Positions 20,035 through 29,495 of a stretch of 64,000 nt of DNA are shown here, one piece after another. Positions within the stretch are counted from its first letter, which is position 1, and each line of letters starts with the position of its first letter. A program made the position numbers and the translations under genes. Source of the DNA: a virus. The notes below the pieces were generated by a model that was not told where the DNA came from, did not search any database, and was given only the letters and a program-made list of their open reading frames with translations. The stretch is from positions 32,001 to 96,000 of IMG/VR virus record IMGVR_UViG_3300042907_001596, one strand, 5' to 3'.

Positions 20035-20247
20035 ATGTCCAAACCCAAACGGTGCCGCTGCGGTCAGATACTGCAAGGCCGTCAACGTATCCACTGCGCC
20101 CAGTGCTACCTCAAGCGCCACCCCGGCTCCAGCCAGTGCCCCCGCTGCTTCCAGTGGTACATGAGCCACGGCGGCAAGGCGTACGCCTCCATCGTGAAGC
20201 TGCACGCCACCGGCAAGTGCAAGAAGCAGGAGGCGGTGGCGGCATGA
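20035..20247 (+). CDS. Cys-rich small protein
   Basis: GAAGGAG RBS; CRCG, CAQC, CPRC; TATAAT at 19986 upstream. Confidence 0.6.
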   Translation: MSKPKRCRCGQILQGRQRIHCAQCYLKRHPGSSQCPRCFQWYMSHGGKAYASIVKLHATGKCKKQEAVAA

Positions 20248-20426
20248 CCTACGTCGACAGTTCCTGGGCCTTCAAGCGCGGCGACCTCGTGCGCGTCGAT
20301 GACTCCACCCTGGTCGGGGTGGTACTGGAGGTGGCCAACCCCGGCATCGTCCGCGTCCGCTGGGGCACCGATGACTACTCCGGCTGGTACTCCTCCAACG
20401 ACCTCTACCGGGTGAAGCTGAAGTAG
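20244..20426 (+). CDS. small SH3/KOW-like protein
   Basis: FKRGDLVRV...GVV..VRVRW. Confidence 0.55.
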   Translation: MTYVDSSWAFKRGDLVRVDDSTLVGVVLEVANPGIVRVRWGTDDYSGWYSSNDLYRVKLK

Positions 20427-20501
20427 AGCGTGTCGCACTCCCCCGGTAATAACAAAGCTGTAATCTAGGTGGCAGTGCTGGCAGGATAGAGGAGGAGGGC
20501 G

Positions 20502-20912
20502 GTGTCCGACATCGTCAACGCGATCGACGCTCTCATCGAAGAGCAGCTATCGCAGGGGGAGCCGGAGAGAGGCTTCGACGCTGGTGATCCAGACTTCCCC
20601 ACCTGCCCGCACTGCGACCGGGACTGGCATGGGTTCCCATTGACCGAGCGGGTCGCGGCGATGCACCGCCGTGGCTCGTTTGATGAGGGGTACAGCGTCA
20701 AGGCAGACGAATCCCCTGTGTTATGTCCCGGTTCCAACTTCATCGGCCCTATCAAGGCCAGCGCCGTCGCCGTGCAACGACGAGTATCGTGCCTCGACAT
20801 CCTCACCGCCATCCTGGGGGAGATAGAGGATGACGACACCCCTCGCGGCTACTTGGTGTTCGACTACGCCCCACCGTCATCGTGGCTGTGCCGGGAAATC
20901 TCCGACCAGTGA
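20502..20912 (+). CDS. hypothetical protein
   Basis: GAGGAGG RBS; CPHCDRDWHG. Confidence 0.6.
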   Translation: MSDIVNAIDALIEEQLSQGEPERGFDAGDPDFPTCPHCDRDWHGFPLTERVAAMHRRGSFDEGYSVKADESPVLCPGSNFIGPIKASAVAVQRRVSCLDILTAILGEIEDDDTPRGYLVFDYAPPSSWLCREISDQ

Positions 20913-21054
20913 GCTACGGCGAGAAGCGACGATCCGCAGCCTCCTGCCGGTGGCCGGGGTGCGAAGACACCGGGACGGCGCTGGCCCTCGACCACACCGG
21001 CAAGCCGCAATGGTTCTGCCCTAGCCACCACGCCCACCTGAAGGGGAAGAAGCC

Positions 21055-21777
21055 GTGAAGTGGAGGAGCAAGCCGACCCCGCCGCCGATCGGGATCGCCG
21101 TCACCACCCTCAACCGGCGACGCCTGCTGAAGCGCACGCTGCGCAAGATCGCCCGCTACACCCCTGCCGGGGTGCCGGTCGTTGTGGTCGATGACGGATC
21201 CGACCGGCCGTACCGCCACGCCGACCACTACAACACTCTCCCGAAAGGGGTGGCCAACGCGAAGAATCACTGCCTTCGCCTGCTGATGGCCAACCCCGCC
21301 GTGGAGCATCTGTTCCTTTTTGATGACGACTGCCACCCGACCCGGCGGGGCTGGTGGAAACCGTATGTCGACTCCCCCGAACAGCACCTGGCGTACCTGC
21401 ACTCCAACCTCGACCCGGCTGCTCACACTGTGGTGTACGACGACGGCCAGATGATCGCCACCGAGCGGGGCACCGCTTGCATGCTCTACTTCACCCGCGC
21501 TGCCATTTATGCCGTCGGCGGCTTCCGGCCCGAATACGGCCGGTGGTCATACGAACACGACGACCTCACCTACCGGCTGATGAACACCGGGGTGACTCGC
21601 TTCCCCTACCAGGGGCTGAAAGACAACCGGGGCATCTGGAATCTGGACGAACACATCCACGGCCGTTCCTCCATCCCTTCCGAAGAGCGCCGTTCGATGC
21701 GTGACGCCAACCGGCTGCTCTTTGAGAAGTATCGGTGGAACACCGACTACGTCCCGTACGACGACAGGAGTGTGTAG
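21055..21777 (+). CDS. glycosyltransferase, GT2-like
   Basis: TTLNR, VVVDDGS, GVANAKN, FLFDDD, EHDDL. Confidence 0.85.
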   Translation: MKWRSKPTPPPIGIAVTTLNRRRLLKRTLRKIARYTPAGVPVVVVDDGSDRPYRHADHYNTLPKGVANAKNHCLRLLMANPAVEHLFLFDDDCHPTRRGWWKPYVDSPEQHLAYLHSNLDPAAHTVVYDDGQMIATERGTACMLYFTRAAIYAVGGFRPEYGRWSYEHDDLTYRLMNTGVTRFPYQGLKDNRGIWNLDEHIHGRSSIPSEERRSMRDANRLLFEKYRWNTDYVPYDDRSV

Positions 21778-21898
21778 TGGCTAAACACCGATGGAAAGGC
21801 GCGGCGAAGCGCAACGCTTACGCCGTGATCCTCACCCCCAAGATGGGCTGGGTGCGGTGCTTTCACTGCGGCCACGAAGACATCCGGTTGATGCCGCT

Positions 21899-22543
21899 GT
21901 GAGCGCCACCGTGTGCTTCCCCTGGCGGGCGCAGCCCGACCGCCTCGCCGCCCACGATCGCTGCAAAGCGTACTGGGAAGAGGCGGGCTTCCCGGTGGTT
22001 GAAGCCGACAGCGACCCATCCCGGCCGTTTGTGTGCAACGAAGCCCGCAACAATGCCGCCGCGCTGGCCGACACCGACATCCTGATCATCGCGGACGCCG
22101 ACACCCTGCCCGACCACCTCGACCAGATCACCGCCGCGATCAAACTCATCGAAGACGATCGTGCCGACATCGTGTGGCCGTTCACGCTGTACCGCTACAT
22201 TCCCAACGGTTGGGACTCCGCCTTCTCCGAAGCGGCCATCGTGGGGGAAACCTACCTCAGCCCCGGCGGCATCGTGGTGGCTGGACGCGACCCGTTCTGG
22301 CGGATCGGTGGATACGACCCGCGCTTCATCCCCGGTGCGTCCGGCTTCGATGACACCGCCTTCCTTAAGGCGGCGCAGACCCTCACCAGGGTCACCCGCA
22401 TTTACGGCACCGTCTGGTCGTGGGATCACCCGATGTCGGTGGAGCGCCAGTACGACGAAGACAATCCGAACTATCCGCGCTTCCGGCTGTACGAGTATGC
22501 CGACGGTGACCAGGAGTTGATGGTTGAGGTGGTGCGGCGATGA
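21899..22543 (+). CDS. glycosyltransferase, GT-A fold
   Basis: FPWR, NEARN, IADAD, IGGYDPRF, GFDD. Confidence 0.8.
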   Translation: MSATVCFPWRAQPDRLAAHDRCKAYWEEAGFPVVEADSDPSRPFVCNEARNNAAALADTDILIIADADTLPDHLDQITAAIKLIEDDRADIVWPFTLYRYIPNGWDSAFSEAAIVGETYLSPGGIVVAGRDPFWRIGGYDPRFIPGASGFDDTAFLKAAQTLTRVTRIYGTVWSWDHPMSVERQYDEDNPNYPRFRLYEYADGDQELMVEVVRR

Positions 22544-22743
22544 AGAGTGAGCGCCAATTTTCCGCATTGGATCACTACAATTCCGCTGCTGCCAGCCTCC
22601 AGCAGATCGCGGAAAAGCATGACGAGCCTGACTTCGGCGTGGCCGACGCTGCCCTGCTCCTCAACGTCGCGACCACCCATGCCCTGCTGGGGCTGCTGAA
22701 GCTGGGTATCACCGACGCCCGCTTCGCTGGGCGGATGGAGTGA
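22540..22743 (+). CDS. hypothetical protein
   Basis: ATGA overlap. Confidence 0.55.
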   Translation: MKSERQFSALDHYNSAAASLQQIAEKHDEPDFGVADAALLLNVATTHALLGLLKLGITDARFAGRME

Positions 22744-22744
22744 G

Positions 22745-22954
22745 GTGTTGAGGACTCCCGGCCAGGAGTACACCGCTGAGTGCGATGACACGACTTCGCC
22801 GGAATGTGAACACACCACCAAGATCAGCGCCATCAACGACGCCACCGCGCTGTATCTGCTGAGCCGGAAAGGGTGGCTCACCACGGTGGTGTACGGGGCG
22901 GAAATCCGTAACGAACTGACCTGCCCTGCCTGCGCGTTGCGCCGCAATGATTGA
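22745..22954 (+). CDS. small Cys-containing protein
   Basis: CD...C...GW...CPAC. Confidence 0.55.
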   Translation: MLRTPGQEYTAECDDTTSPECEHTTKISAINDATALYLLSRKGWLTTVVYGAEIRNELTCPACALRRND

Positions 22955-23186
22955 CAGTGTGGGTGTTAAAGTTATCCCACAGCACGAATCCCAGGAGGAC
23001 ACGGTGAAGCAAGGGTATTGGGAGACGAGGGCTGCCCAGTTGGTGCAGCAGTCCTCCGACCACTCACCGCTGCTGAACCAATGGATTGAGCGGCTGGGTA
23101 AGTCTCACGACAGCCTCATCCAGTTGTTCATCCATTCCATAGGTGGAGACAATCCAAGTCGACACAACAACTCAAGGGAGCAGTAG
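22947..23186 (+). CDS. hypothetical protein (start may be GTG after AGGAGG near 23003)
   Basis: ORF in gene run. Confidence 0.4.
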   Translation: MIDSVGVKVIPQHESQEDTVKQGYWETRAAQLVQQSSDHSPLLNQWIERLGKSHDSLIQLFIHSIGGDNPSRHNNSREQ

Positions 23187-23354
23187 ATGCTTCAGATCAT
23201 CATAGGAGTCACCCCACTACTCGCCGGGATCTGGCTGCTGTACCGCCACGACGAAGACACCCACATGCTGGCGTTAGGCATCATCGCATCGGTCATCCTG
23301 ATCGGGTGCGTTCTACTGCTCCTGAGCGGGGTAGGAAAGGTTCTGCAACCATGA
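23187..23354 (+). CDS. small two-TM membrane protein
   Basis: MLQIIIGVTPLLAGIWLLY...MLALGIIASVILIGCVLLLLSG; not in ORF track. Confidence 0.55.
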   Translation: MLQIIIGVTPLLAGIWLLYRHDEDTHMLALGIIASVILIGCVLLLLSGVGKVLQP

Positions 23355-24049
23355 CACGCACCTTCGGTCGATTCGTTGAACACGACCCCCGCAGCCGGAT
23401 GTTCGCCGCCCCCACCCCCCCGACGAAGCGGTCGGTGTTGTGGGCGCACCACGGCCCAGTACTGGATCAAGGGGAGATGGGATCCTGCACCGGCAGTGCC
23501 GCCGCGCAACTGATCAACACCGATCTGTTCGCCGCCGTACGCCCGAAGGGATACCTCACCCAAAACGACGCCATCAAGCTGTACGCCAGAGCGACGATGC
23601 TGGACGACGCCCCCGGCACCTTCCCGCCGGACGACACCGGCTCCTCCGGTTTAGCGGTCGCTAAAGCCGGGGTGCAGATGAAGTACTTCGGCGCGTACAA
23701 GCACGCCTTCGGGTTCGACAAGTTCTGCGCCGTCCTGCAAACCAGCCCGCTGCTGGTAGGGACGAATTGGTACACGTCGATGAACAAAACCTCCACCACC
23801 GGGCTGGTGACTGTGCGCGGCCAACTGGAAGGGGGACACCAGTGGCTGGCAATAGGGGTGGACTACGAGCGCCAGCAGATCACCGGCCTCAACAGTTGGG
23901 GGCCGACGTGGGGAAAGAACGGCCGCTTCTTCCTGAGCTTCACCACGATGCGCAGGCTGCTGGCCGAACAAGGCGACGCTGTCGCCCCCACCCCGGCGGT
24001 GAAGCGCACCCTGCTTTCCTTCATCCTGCCGAAAAAGGTGACGCCATGA
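23351..24049 (+). CDS. papain-like (C1) cysteine protease
   Basis: DQGEMGSCTG, GGH, NSWG..WG.NG. Confidence 0.88.
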   Translation: MTRTFGRFVEHDPRSRMFAAPTPPTKRSVLWAHHGPVLDQGEMGSCTGSAAAQLINTDLFAAVRPKGYLTQNDAIKLYARATMLDDAPGTFPPDDTGSSGLAVAKAGVQMKYFGAYKHAFGFDKFCAVLQTSPLLVGTNWYTSMNKTSTTGLVTVRGQLEGGHQWLAIGVDYERQQITGLNSWGPTWGKNGRFFLSFTTMRRLLAEQGDAVAPTPAVKRTLLSFILPKKVTP

Positions 24050-24447
24050 TCCGCAATGAACTGCTGTCGATGCTGGCCGATGACCGCATCACCATCCCGA
24101 CCGACCGGCTGCTGGAGCTACTGGGGGACATGAACTTCTTCGCGGACTGCCCCCCGCCGGAACTGGTCGCCATGACCGGCGACGACACCATGCGGGAACT
24201 GCTCAGTGCGATGTGGTCGGCCGGATACCGCGACGCCATGAAGGCGGTGATGACGCTAATCCCCAGGACGGAGCCGCAGAGCCGAGCCGAACTGATGGCC
24301 AAGCTCACCGACGCCCTCACGTCGTGGGAGAAGCACCCGAAGTACGGCGACAACGTGCCTCGCGGGGATGTCATCCAGGCTGCCGACGAACTGGCCACCC
24401 TCGCCGCCGAGATGCTGGACAAGCTCAAAGCCCCGATGGGAGAGTGA
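24046..24447 (+). CDS. hypothetical protein
   Basis: ATGA overlap. Confidence 0.6.
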   Translation: MIRNELLSMLADDRITIPTDRLLELLGDMNFFADCPPPELVAMTGDDTMRELLSAMWSAGYRDAMKAVMTLIPRTEPQSRAELMAKLTDALTSWEKHPKYGDNVPRGDVIQAADELATLAAEMLDKLKAPMGE

Positions 24448-24448
24448 G

Positions 24449-24586
24449 ATGGAAGATCGCAAGCCGCAAACCGCTGACCATCTGGTCGACCAGATCCGCA
24501 CCGTAGTCGACCAAGACATCACCGCCCCCAACGAGTGGTACAAGATCATCCTGGCGGTGCGCGACCTCGTCGGGGTGACCCGATGA
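24449..24586 (+). CDS. small hypothetical protein
   Basis: GGAG RBS; coupled. Confidence 0.5.
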   Translation: MEDRKPQTADHLVDQIRTVVDQDITAPNEWYKIILAVRDLVGVTR

Positions 24587-24846
24587 GCGAGCCGACCTTC
24601 CAGTACGCCGTCGATGTTGATGTCGACCTCGACCTGACGGCGTGCTGCTCGCTGAAGCACATCGTCAACCGCCGCCCATTCTGTAGCCGACCGGCGGAGT
24701 GGATCGTGATGCTTGGCTGCTGCGGCTACCGCAAGCTGGTGTGCAGTCACCACCGCAATGTGTCGGACAGTGTCTTCCCGCTGATGTTCCTCTGTACCCG
24801 CTGCCACGCTCAGTACCCGCCGACGGCGGCGGCGTGGAGGGTGTAG
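24583..24846 (+). CDS. Cys-rich small protein
   Basis: ATGA overlap; multiple Cys. Confidence 0.55.
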   Translation: MSEPTFQYAVDVDVDLDLTACCSLKHIVNRRPFCSRPAEWIVMLGCCGYRKLVCSHHRNVSDSVFPLMFLCTRCHAQYPPTAAAWRV

Positions 24847-25025
24847 AGGGCGATGACCTCACCACTTTGGAGGTGAGGTTGAGCCGGTACATCACCGCCG
24901 ACGGAAAGATGGCGTTCCGCATGGTCACCCCCGACAAATACAACGTGGTGGAGATGCTGGGGCTGCTGGAGGCGGCGAAGTTCACGATCTTCCACGAGAT
25001 GTCCCCGAAGGATGACGATGACTGA
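24834..25025 (+). CDS. hypothetical protein
   Basis: Fills gap; start uncertain. Confidence 0.45.
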   Translation: MEGVEGDDLTTLEVRLSRYITADGKMAFRMVTPDKYNVVEMLGLLEAAKFTIFHEMSPKDDDD

Positions 25026-25368
25026 CCTACGCACCCGTATCGCCGCCGCGTGCAGCGACTACTTCGCCATGCTCCGGCGGGATGACTACGTCGTTGACGG
25101 CGTCAACCCGCAGGAGGTGGCCGACATTGCGCTCCTGGCCGTGGACTTCGACGCCTGGCTGCGCTACGGCATAGAGCAGGGCTGGTGTGGCCCGCCGTGC
25201 TGCGTCCCGCACGACGGCATCGGCATCACCACAGCCGAAGAGGCTGAGTACGACGACGGCGGCGACCCTTGCTACCACGTCCTGCGGCTATACGCCGACG
25301 CCGACACCAAAGCGGCGGTGGAGGACAACCACGCTCCGTCCATCTGGCGGGCCACCAACCTGGCGTAG
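25012..25368 (+). CDS. hypothetical protein
   Basis: GWCGPPCC.HDG...GDPC motif. Confidence 0.6.
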   Translation: MTMTDLRTRIAAACSDYFAMLRRDDYVVDGVNPQEVADIALLAVDFDAWLRYGIEQGWCGPPCCVPHDGIGITTAEEAEYDDGGDPCYHVLRLYADADTKAAVEDNHAPSIWRATNLA

Positions 25369-25393
25369 GAATATCTCCGGCCTTCCTGGCGTT
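25368..25393 (+). promoter_or_regulatory. ECF-type promoter GGAAT-N17-CGTT (copy 1)
   Basis: Exact motif, then GTGGAGGGG hairpin and RBS. Confidence 0.75.
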
Positions 25394-25436
25394 ATAGCTA
25401 GTGGAGGGGCGAAGTGCCCCGCCGGGAAGGATCACC

Positions 25437-25847
25437 GTGGCTCCAAGCCTCGCGCACATCGACGCCATGTCAGCCAAGGCGAAGGCTGCCTTGCTGCGCC
25501 AAGACGGCGTGGAAGCCCTCAGTGCCCGGTTCATCGACTTCAAGGGTGAACCCGTACTGATCAAGCGCAGCGACGGCGTGACTGTCGTTCACTACAGGGA
25601 ACGCTACGCAGGCCAGTACATCGTCCTGTATGGCGAGAAGGATGGCCGCGTCGGTGTCACCCTCGCCACCTACAAGGTGAAGGTGACCCCCGGCCCCGCC
25701 AAGCCGGAGCGCACCGCCGACGGCGGCGTGATCTTCATGGTCAACTCCCTGTCGGTCGGCGTGAAGCGCATCAAGCGGCTGCCGCCGGGATTCCAAGGTG
25801 CGCTCAACGACGCGCAGCACGACTACGAAAGGGCGATGGAATCGTGA
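25437..25847 (+). CDS. hypothetical protein
   Basis: GAAGGA RBS after promoter. Confidence 0.6.
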   Translation: MAPSLAHIDAMSAKAKAALLRQDGVEALSARFIDFKGEPVLIKRSDGVTVVHYRERYAGQYIVLYGEKDGRVGVTLATYKVKVTPGPAKPERTADGGVIFMVNSLSVGVKRIKRLPPGFQGALNDAQHDYERAMES

Positions 25848-26005
25848 GAATCGGAAAAGCGGTCATCGGTAAGTGGGGTCGCATCGGCCTCGTCACCGAC
25901 CTGTACGGCCTGGAAGAGTTCGGCCGGATCTTTGAGTACGCCACCGTCACCTACGCCGAAGGTGACAGCGACGAGTTCCCGGTGGATGGGCTGGAGGTGT
26001 ACTGA
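25844..26005 (+). CDS. small hypothetical protein
   Basis: GTGA/TGATG coupling on both sides. Confidence 0.5.
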   Translation: MRIGKAVIGKWGRIGLVTDLYGLEEFGRIFEYATVTYAEGDSDEFPVDGLEVY

Positions 26006-26307
26006 TGACCAAGCAGAATAGGCACAAGCACACCGGCCGCTACGCCCCGATCTACGAGCGCGGCTACCTAGCCTCGCTGGGCAATACCTACTTCCCCAAG
26101 CGCGACAAGTTCGGGTCGCCAGCGTGGATGGCAAAACTGCACATATACGGCACCACAGCCCCCACCAATCTCAGCGTGGATGACCTCACCCAGCGAATGG
26201 GCAAGCAAGCAGCGCAGGCTTTTGAAGACGGTTGGTTCGATGCCCTAGAGGACAACGTGAGCTACGAGGAGAGCTACGACGAATGTCGAGCAGTGGACAC
26301 CGCATGA
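26005..26307 (+). CDS. hypothetical protein
   Basis: Coupled ORF. Confidence 0.55.
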   Translation: MTKQNRHKHTGRYAPIYERGYLASLGNTYFPKRDKFGSPAWMAKLHIYGTTAPTNLSVDDLTQRMGKQAAQAFEDGWFDALEDNVSYEESYDECRAVDTA

Positions 26308-26561
26308 TGGTGCAACTGGAAGTCCAGTTCAAGACCGCACGGCCAATCGGCCAAGAGGTTGGGATGGAGATGTGGCTTCTTGGCGACTACTTCGTATCGA
26401 CCGGGGCCTGCGCCTACATGCTTCAGGCAAAGGGTGAGGCGGAATCCCTCACCGATGCCGTCGAGGGGCTGGTGGCTCAGATTGGCGAGGTTATTGGATC
26501 CCCCGGTGGCTGGGATGTGGTGGTTACGAAAACCAAGGCAGAGATGGTAGAACAATGCTAG
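26304..26561 (+). CDS. hypothetical protein
   Basis: ATGA overlap. Confidence 0.5.
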   Translation: MMVQLEVQFKTARPIGQEVGMEMWLLGDYFVSTGACAYMLQAKGEAESLTDAVEGLVAQIGEVIGSPGGWDVVVTKTKAEMVEQC

Positions 26562-26779
26562 GCCGCGCCATCGCCGCTCTGCGGATAGAGCGCGGGATGA
26601 GTCGCAAAGACCTCGTTCGTGCCGCCGGGATCTCCTATCCCTACCTGGCCGAAGTGGAGAAGAGCATCAAGCTGCCCTCGTCGGCCATGCTGGGCAAGCT
26701 GGCTGCGGCACTTCACGTCATGCCCTCCGAACTCTTAGAGCGGGCAGAGCAGATTGCCGCCGACCCCAGGAATGTCTGA
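26555..26779 (+). CDS. XRE-family HTH regulator
   Basis: LRIERGMSRKDL..AAGISYPYLAEVEK..KLPS. Confidence 0.85.
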   Translation: MLGRAIAALRIERGMSRKDLVRAAGISYPYLAEVEKSIKLPSSAMLGKLAAALHVMPSELLERAEQIAADPRNV

Positions 26780-26790
26780 AAGGAAACGCC

Positions 26791-26997
26791 ATGATCACCC
26801 TCACCATCACCCACGCCGATGACCGTAAGACCCGGCGGGTCACCGACCATGCCACCGCCGAAGAGGCGCAGGCCGTCCTGGTTGCCTGGGCCGACGGCGA
26901 GAAGATCAGCCCCACCAGCCCAACGACGGGAACGGTCGGGGAACGAGAAGATCGCTCGTTCTGGTATTACTCCATCGCGGAATATCAGAGCGCCTGA
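26791..26997 (+). CDS. hypothetical protein
   Basis: AAGGA RBS. Confidence 0.6.
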   Translation: MITLTITHADDRKTRRVTDHATAEEAQAVLVAWADGEKISPTSPTTGTVGEREDRSFWYYSIAEYQSA

Positions 26998-27004
26998 CGG
27001 CGTT
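26979..27004 (+). promoter_or_regulatory. ECF-type promoter (copy 2)
   Basis: GGAAT-N17-CGTT. Confidence 0.7.
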
Positions 27005-27044
27005 GTAACAAGTGGCGGGATCATCCGCCTGGAAGGAGACACCC

Positions 27045-27296
27045 ATGGAGTATCGCGTCGTTGGCCACGAGGTGTGGCTGTTCTACGCCGACGGTGGCGA
27101 GGAACGCTTCGCTGTACTGGAAGGCCCGAACGGTGCTGCGTTGGTAGCACGGCTGCTCAACAAAAACCTGGCTGAGATCGCCGCAGAGAAGTTGTCTGCC
27201 GAACAACTCGCCCTCGACCGCGCCCGCTACGAAGAGATGCGGGCTGAAATCGTGCGGCGCGAACGGCGTGAACGCTATGGGGTGAAGTCGGAATGA
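27045..27296 (+). CDS. hypothetical protein
   Basis: GAAGGAG RBS. Confidence 0.6.
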   Translation: MEYRVVGHEVWLFYADGGEERFAVLEGPNGAALVARLLNKNLAEIAAEKLSAEQLALDRARYEEMRAEIVRRERRERYGVKSE

Positions 27297-27457
27297 CCTC
27301 CACCATCCCTATCACCCACCTCAAGCCCTACGAGCGGCTGTCCAACGGACGCCTCGTCGTCGCCGTTACGGTCGAGCGCGACACCGTCACTGTGACCCTC
27401 AAGGGCGGCAAGCCCATCGCCTACCCCGCCGACTACGAAGTGGATGTGAGGATATGA
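27293..27457 (+). CDS. small hypothetical protein
   Basis: ATGA overlaps at both ends. Confidence 0.5.
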   Translation: MTSTIPITHLKPYERLSNGRLVVAVTVERDTVTVTLKGGKPIAYPADYEVDVRI

Positions 27458-27813
27458 CCAAGCCAATGGGCGTCTGCCCCGCCTGCGAGGGCAGCACCCG
27501 CCGCCCGGTGCCGGAGGCTTCCCGGCGCTACATCAAGCACAACGCCAAGTGGGGCCATTGGGGTACCGCCGGATACCTGCCCCCCGGCCCCGGCCCGTAC
27601 GTCCAAGGACAAGGCTGGGAAGAGGGCGGCACGTTCCCTTGCAACAACTGCGGCGGGCAGACGATGTTCTCCAAAGCCACCGGCGAGGTGCCGCTGCGCC
27701 CCGACGGCACACCGTGCCTGCACGAGTACACCCACAAGACGACCCGCAACTGCTATCACGAATCGACGTGCAAGCACTGCGGCTTCCACTACGCCATCGA
27801 CAGCGGCGACTGA
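27454..27813 (+). CDS. Zn-finger protein
   Basis: CPACEG, CNNCGG, CKHCG. Confidence 0.65.
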   Translation: MTKPMGVCPACEGSTRRPVPEASRRYIKHNAKWGHWGTAGYLPPGPGPYVQGQGWEEGGTFPCNNCGGQTMFSKATGEVPLRPDGTPCLHEYTHKTTRNCYHESTCKHCGFHYAIDSGD

Positions 27814-27934
27814 CCCAGGTTTAGCAAGGGATGTAACGCAAATGCTAAGAAGACCCGGCAGCAGGCCGGGAACGAGGTTGGCGGGCCAACGCCTCCGTAA
27901 CCAGTCGGAGTGTTCCCACCCGTCATCCCAGAAC

Positions 27935-27960
27935 GGAATAATCACCCCTGATCTGGCGTT
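27935..27960 (+). promoter_or_regulatory. ECF-type promoter (copy 3)
   Basis: GGAAT-N17-CGTT. Confidence 0.75.
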
Positions 27961-28004
27961 ATAGCTAATGGAGGGGCCGGGTGGCCCCGCCGGGAAGGGT
28001 TCTC

Positions 28005-28160
28005 ATGCAGAAGCCATGGCAGCAGATGCACGTTCGCAACGGCGTGCGTTTCCAGCCCAAGTGCCCTTGTGGCTGGCAGGGTCGTCCGGTGGCCGATCGG
28101 GCGAGGGCGGAGCGCGAAGCCGACCGCCACGGCCCCGGTTGCGGTTGGGGTGATGAGTGA
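28005..28160 (+). CDS. small protein with CxCGW motif
   Basis: After promoter and GAAGGG; TGATG coupling. Confidence 0.5.
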   Translation: MQKPWQQMHVRNGVRFQPKCPCGWQGRPVADRARAEREADRHGPGCGWGDE

Positions 28161-28384
28161 TGGCTGACCCCAACGCCAAGTACGAAGCGGAGCTTCGGGA
28201 GCAGCTAGCCGAAGCCATCGACTACGTCGCAAAGTCGGCTCTCGCCCTGGAAGAGGCCAAAGGCCACCTGGAGCGCGACCTCGACCGCCTGGAGAAGATC
28301 AAGAGGAAGCTGGACGGCCTCGCCGCCCTGAAGGCCCGAGAGGACGCCTACTGGGCTGAGGTCGACGCCAAGGAAGGAGCCTGA
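28160..28384 (+). CDS. coiled-coil hypothetical protein
   Basis: Coupled ORF. Confidence 0.6.
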   Translation: MADPNAKYEAELREQLAEAIDYVAKSALALEEAKGHLERDLDRLEKIKRKLDGLAALKAREDAYWAEVDAKEGA

Positions 28385-28385
28385 G

Positions 28386-28778
28386 ATGGCGCGGAAGATG
28401 ACCCGGCACGGCGTCACCGTGGTCGGTGGTGGCGGCTTCTACGTCACACTTGACGGCCGGTTTGAGGTTGTTAAGGTTGACGACTTTGAGACATCCTGCG
28501 ACGAACCGCACCCTGTGAAGCTGCCGCGTGAGAAGTGGTTCATGGACGGCGACTACGACAGCCGTGGCCGGTGGGTCACCAAGCTCAAGAAGGGGTACCG
28601 CTGCGAAGGCGGCGGGACGCACTTCTATGTGGCCTGGCACATCTGGGATCGCCAGAACGGCTGGGACGGCGAGTATGCAGAGGGCACCGGGCCGGGTGAG
28701 TTCGACACCTTCGATGAAGCCATGCGCGACCTGGCCGACATCCTCAAGCGCGAGGCAGCCAAGCACGCGGTGGAATAA
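28386..28778 (+). CDS. hypothetical protein
   Basis: GAAGGAG RBS; stop within next promoter. Confidence 0.65.
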   Translation: MARKMTRHGVTVVGGGGFYVTLDGRFEVVKVDDFETSCDEPHPVKLPREKWFMDGDYDSRGRWVTKLKKGYRCEGGGTHFYVAWHIWDRQNGWDGEYAEGTGPGEFDTFDEAMRDLADILKREAAKHAVE

Positions 28779-28797
28779 TCCGCCCCGCCTCAGCGTT
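28772..28797 (+). promoter_or_regulatory. ECF-type promoter (copy 4)
   Basis: GGAAT-N17-CGTT. Confidence 0.75.
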
Positions 28798-28839
28798 CTA
28801 CTAGATGGAGGGGGCAACCCTCCATGAAAGGAGATTCTG

Positions 28840-29157
28840 ATGCCTGAGCGCGTAAAGGTCGTCGCGGAAGCCCACCACGACGGTCGCAAGACCAAGGGTA
28901 CGGCCGAACTGTTGGTCAGCCCCGGCTACAAGGCTGAGCCTGACTACGGCATCGTGCTGTCGGTGCGCAGCGAGCAGGGCTATGCCCCCGGCGCTCGCGG
29001 CTACTCCCATGGCGGGGTGTCCAAGTTCTCCCCCGCTGAGGCGCGAGAGATCGCCGCCGCCCTACTGGCAGCCGCCGACGAAGTCGAGGCGCTGTCGGGC
29101 CACGACCCCGTCAAGGTGGCACTGAGGAAGCTGGGCGTCTTGAAAGGAGACGAGTAA
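28840..29157 (+). CDS. hypothetical protein
   Basis: AAGGAG RBS. Confidence 0.65.
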   Translation: MPERVKVVAEAHHDGRKTKGTAELLVSPGYKAEPDYGIVLSVRSEQGYAPGARGYSHGGVSKFSPAEAREIAAALLAAADEVEALSGHDPVKVALRKLGVLKGDE

Positions 29158-29450
29158 TGACTGACTTCAAGGTAAAGATCCAACTGGATTGGATCGACAC
29201 CGACGACATCCCACAACTGCGCGAGCAGGTAGAAGAGTTCGTCGCGCTGTTCGGCCACGACGGTCTGCACACCGGCGGGATCTCCATCGAAGGTGCGGAA
29301 GGGCCAGCCGACGACGGCACACTCGTGCTGGACTTCGACTGGATCGACCTGGACGACGTGCCGGAACTGCTGGTCGCAATCGAAGACCGCTTGGTGCTGT
29401 CCGGCGATGCCACCGGCACGGTATCCATCGACTCCATAGAGTTCGTCTAG
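29157..29450 (+). CDS. acidic protein with internal duplication
   Basis: LDWIDTDDIPQL / FDWIDLDDVPEL. Confidence 0.65.
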   Translation: MTDFKVKIQLDWIDTDDIPQLREQVEEFVALFGHDGLHTGGISIEGAEGPADDGTLVLDFDWIDLDDVPELLVAIEDRLVLSGDATGTVSIDSIEFV

Positions 29451-29495
29451 GCGTGTCGCCCCGTTCTCCCGCACGACCTGCGGGAGAATACGGGC

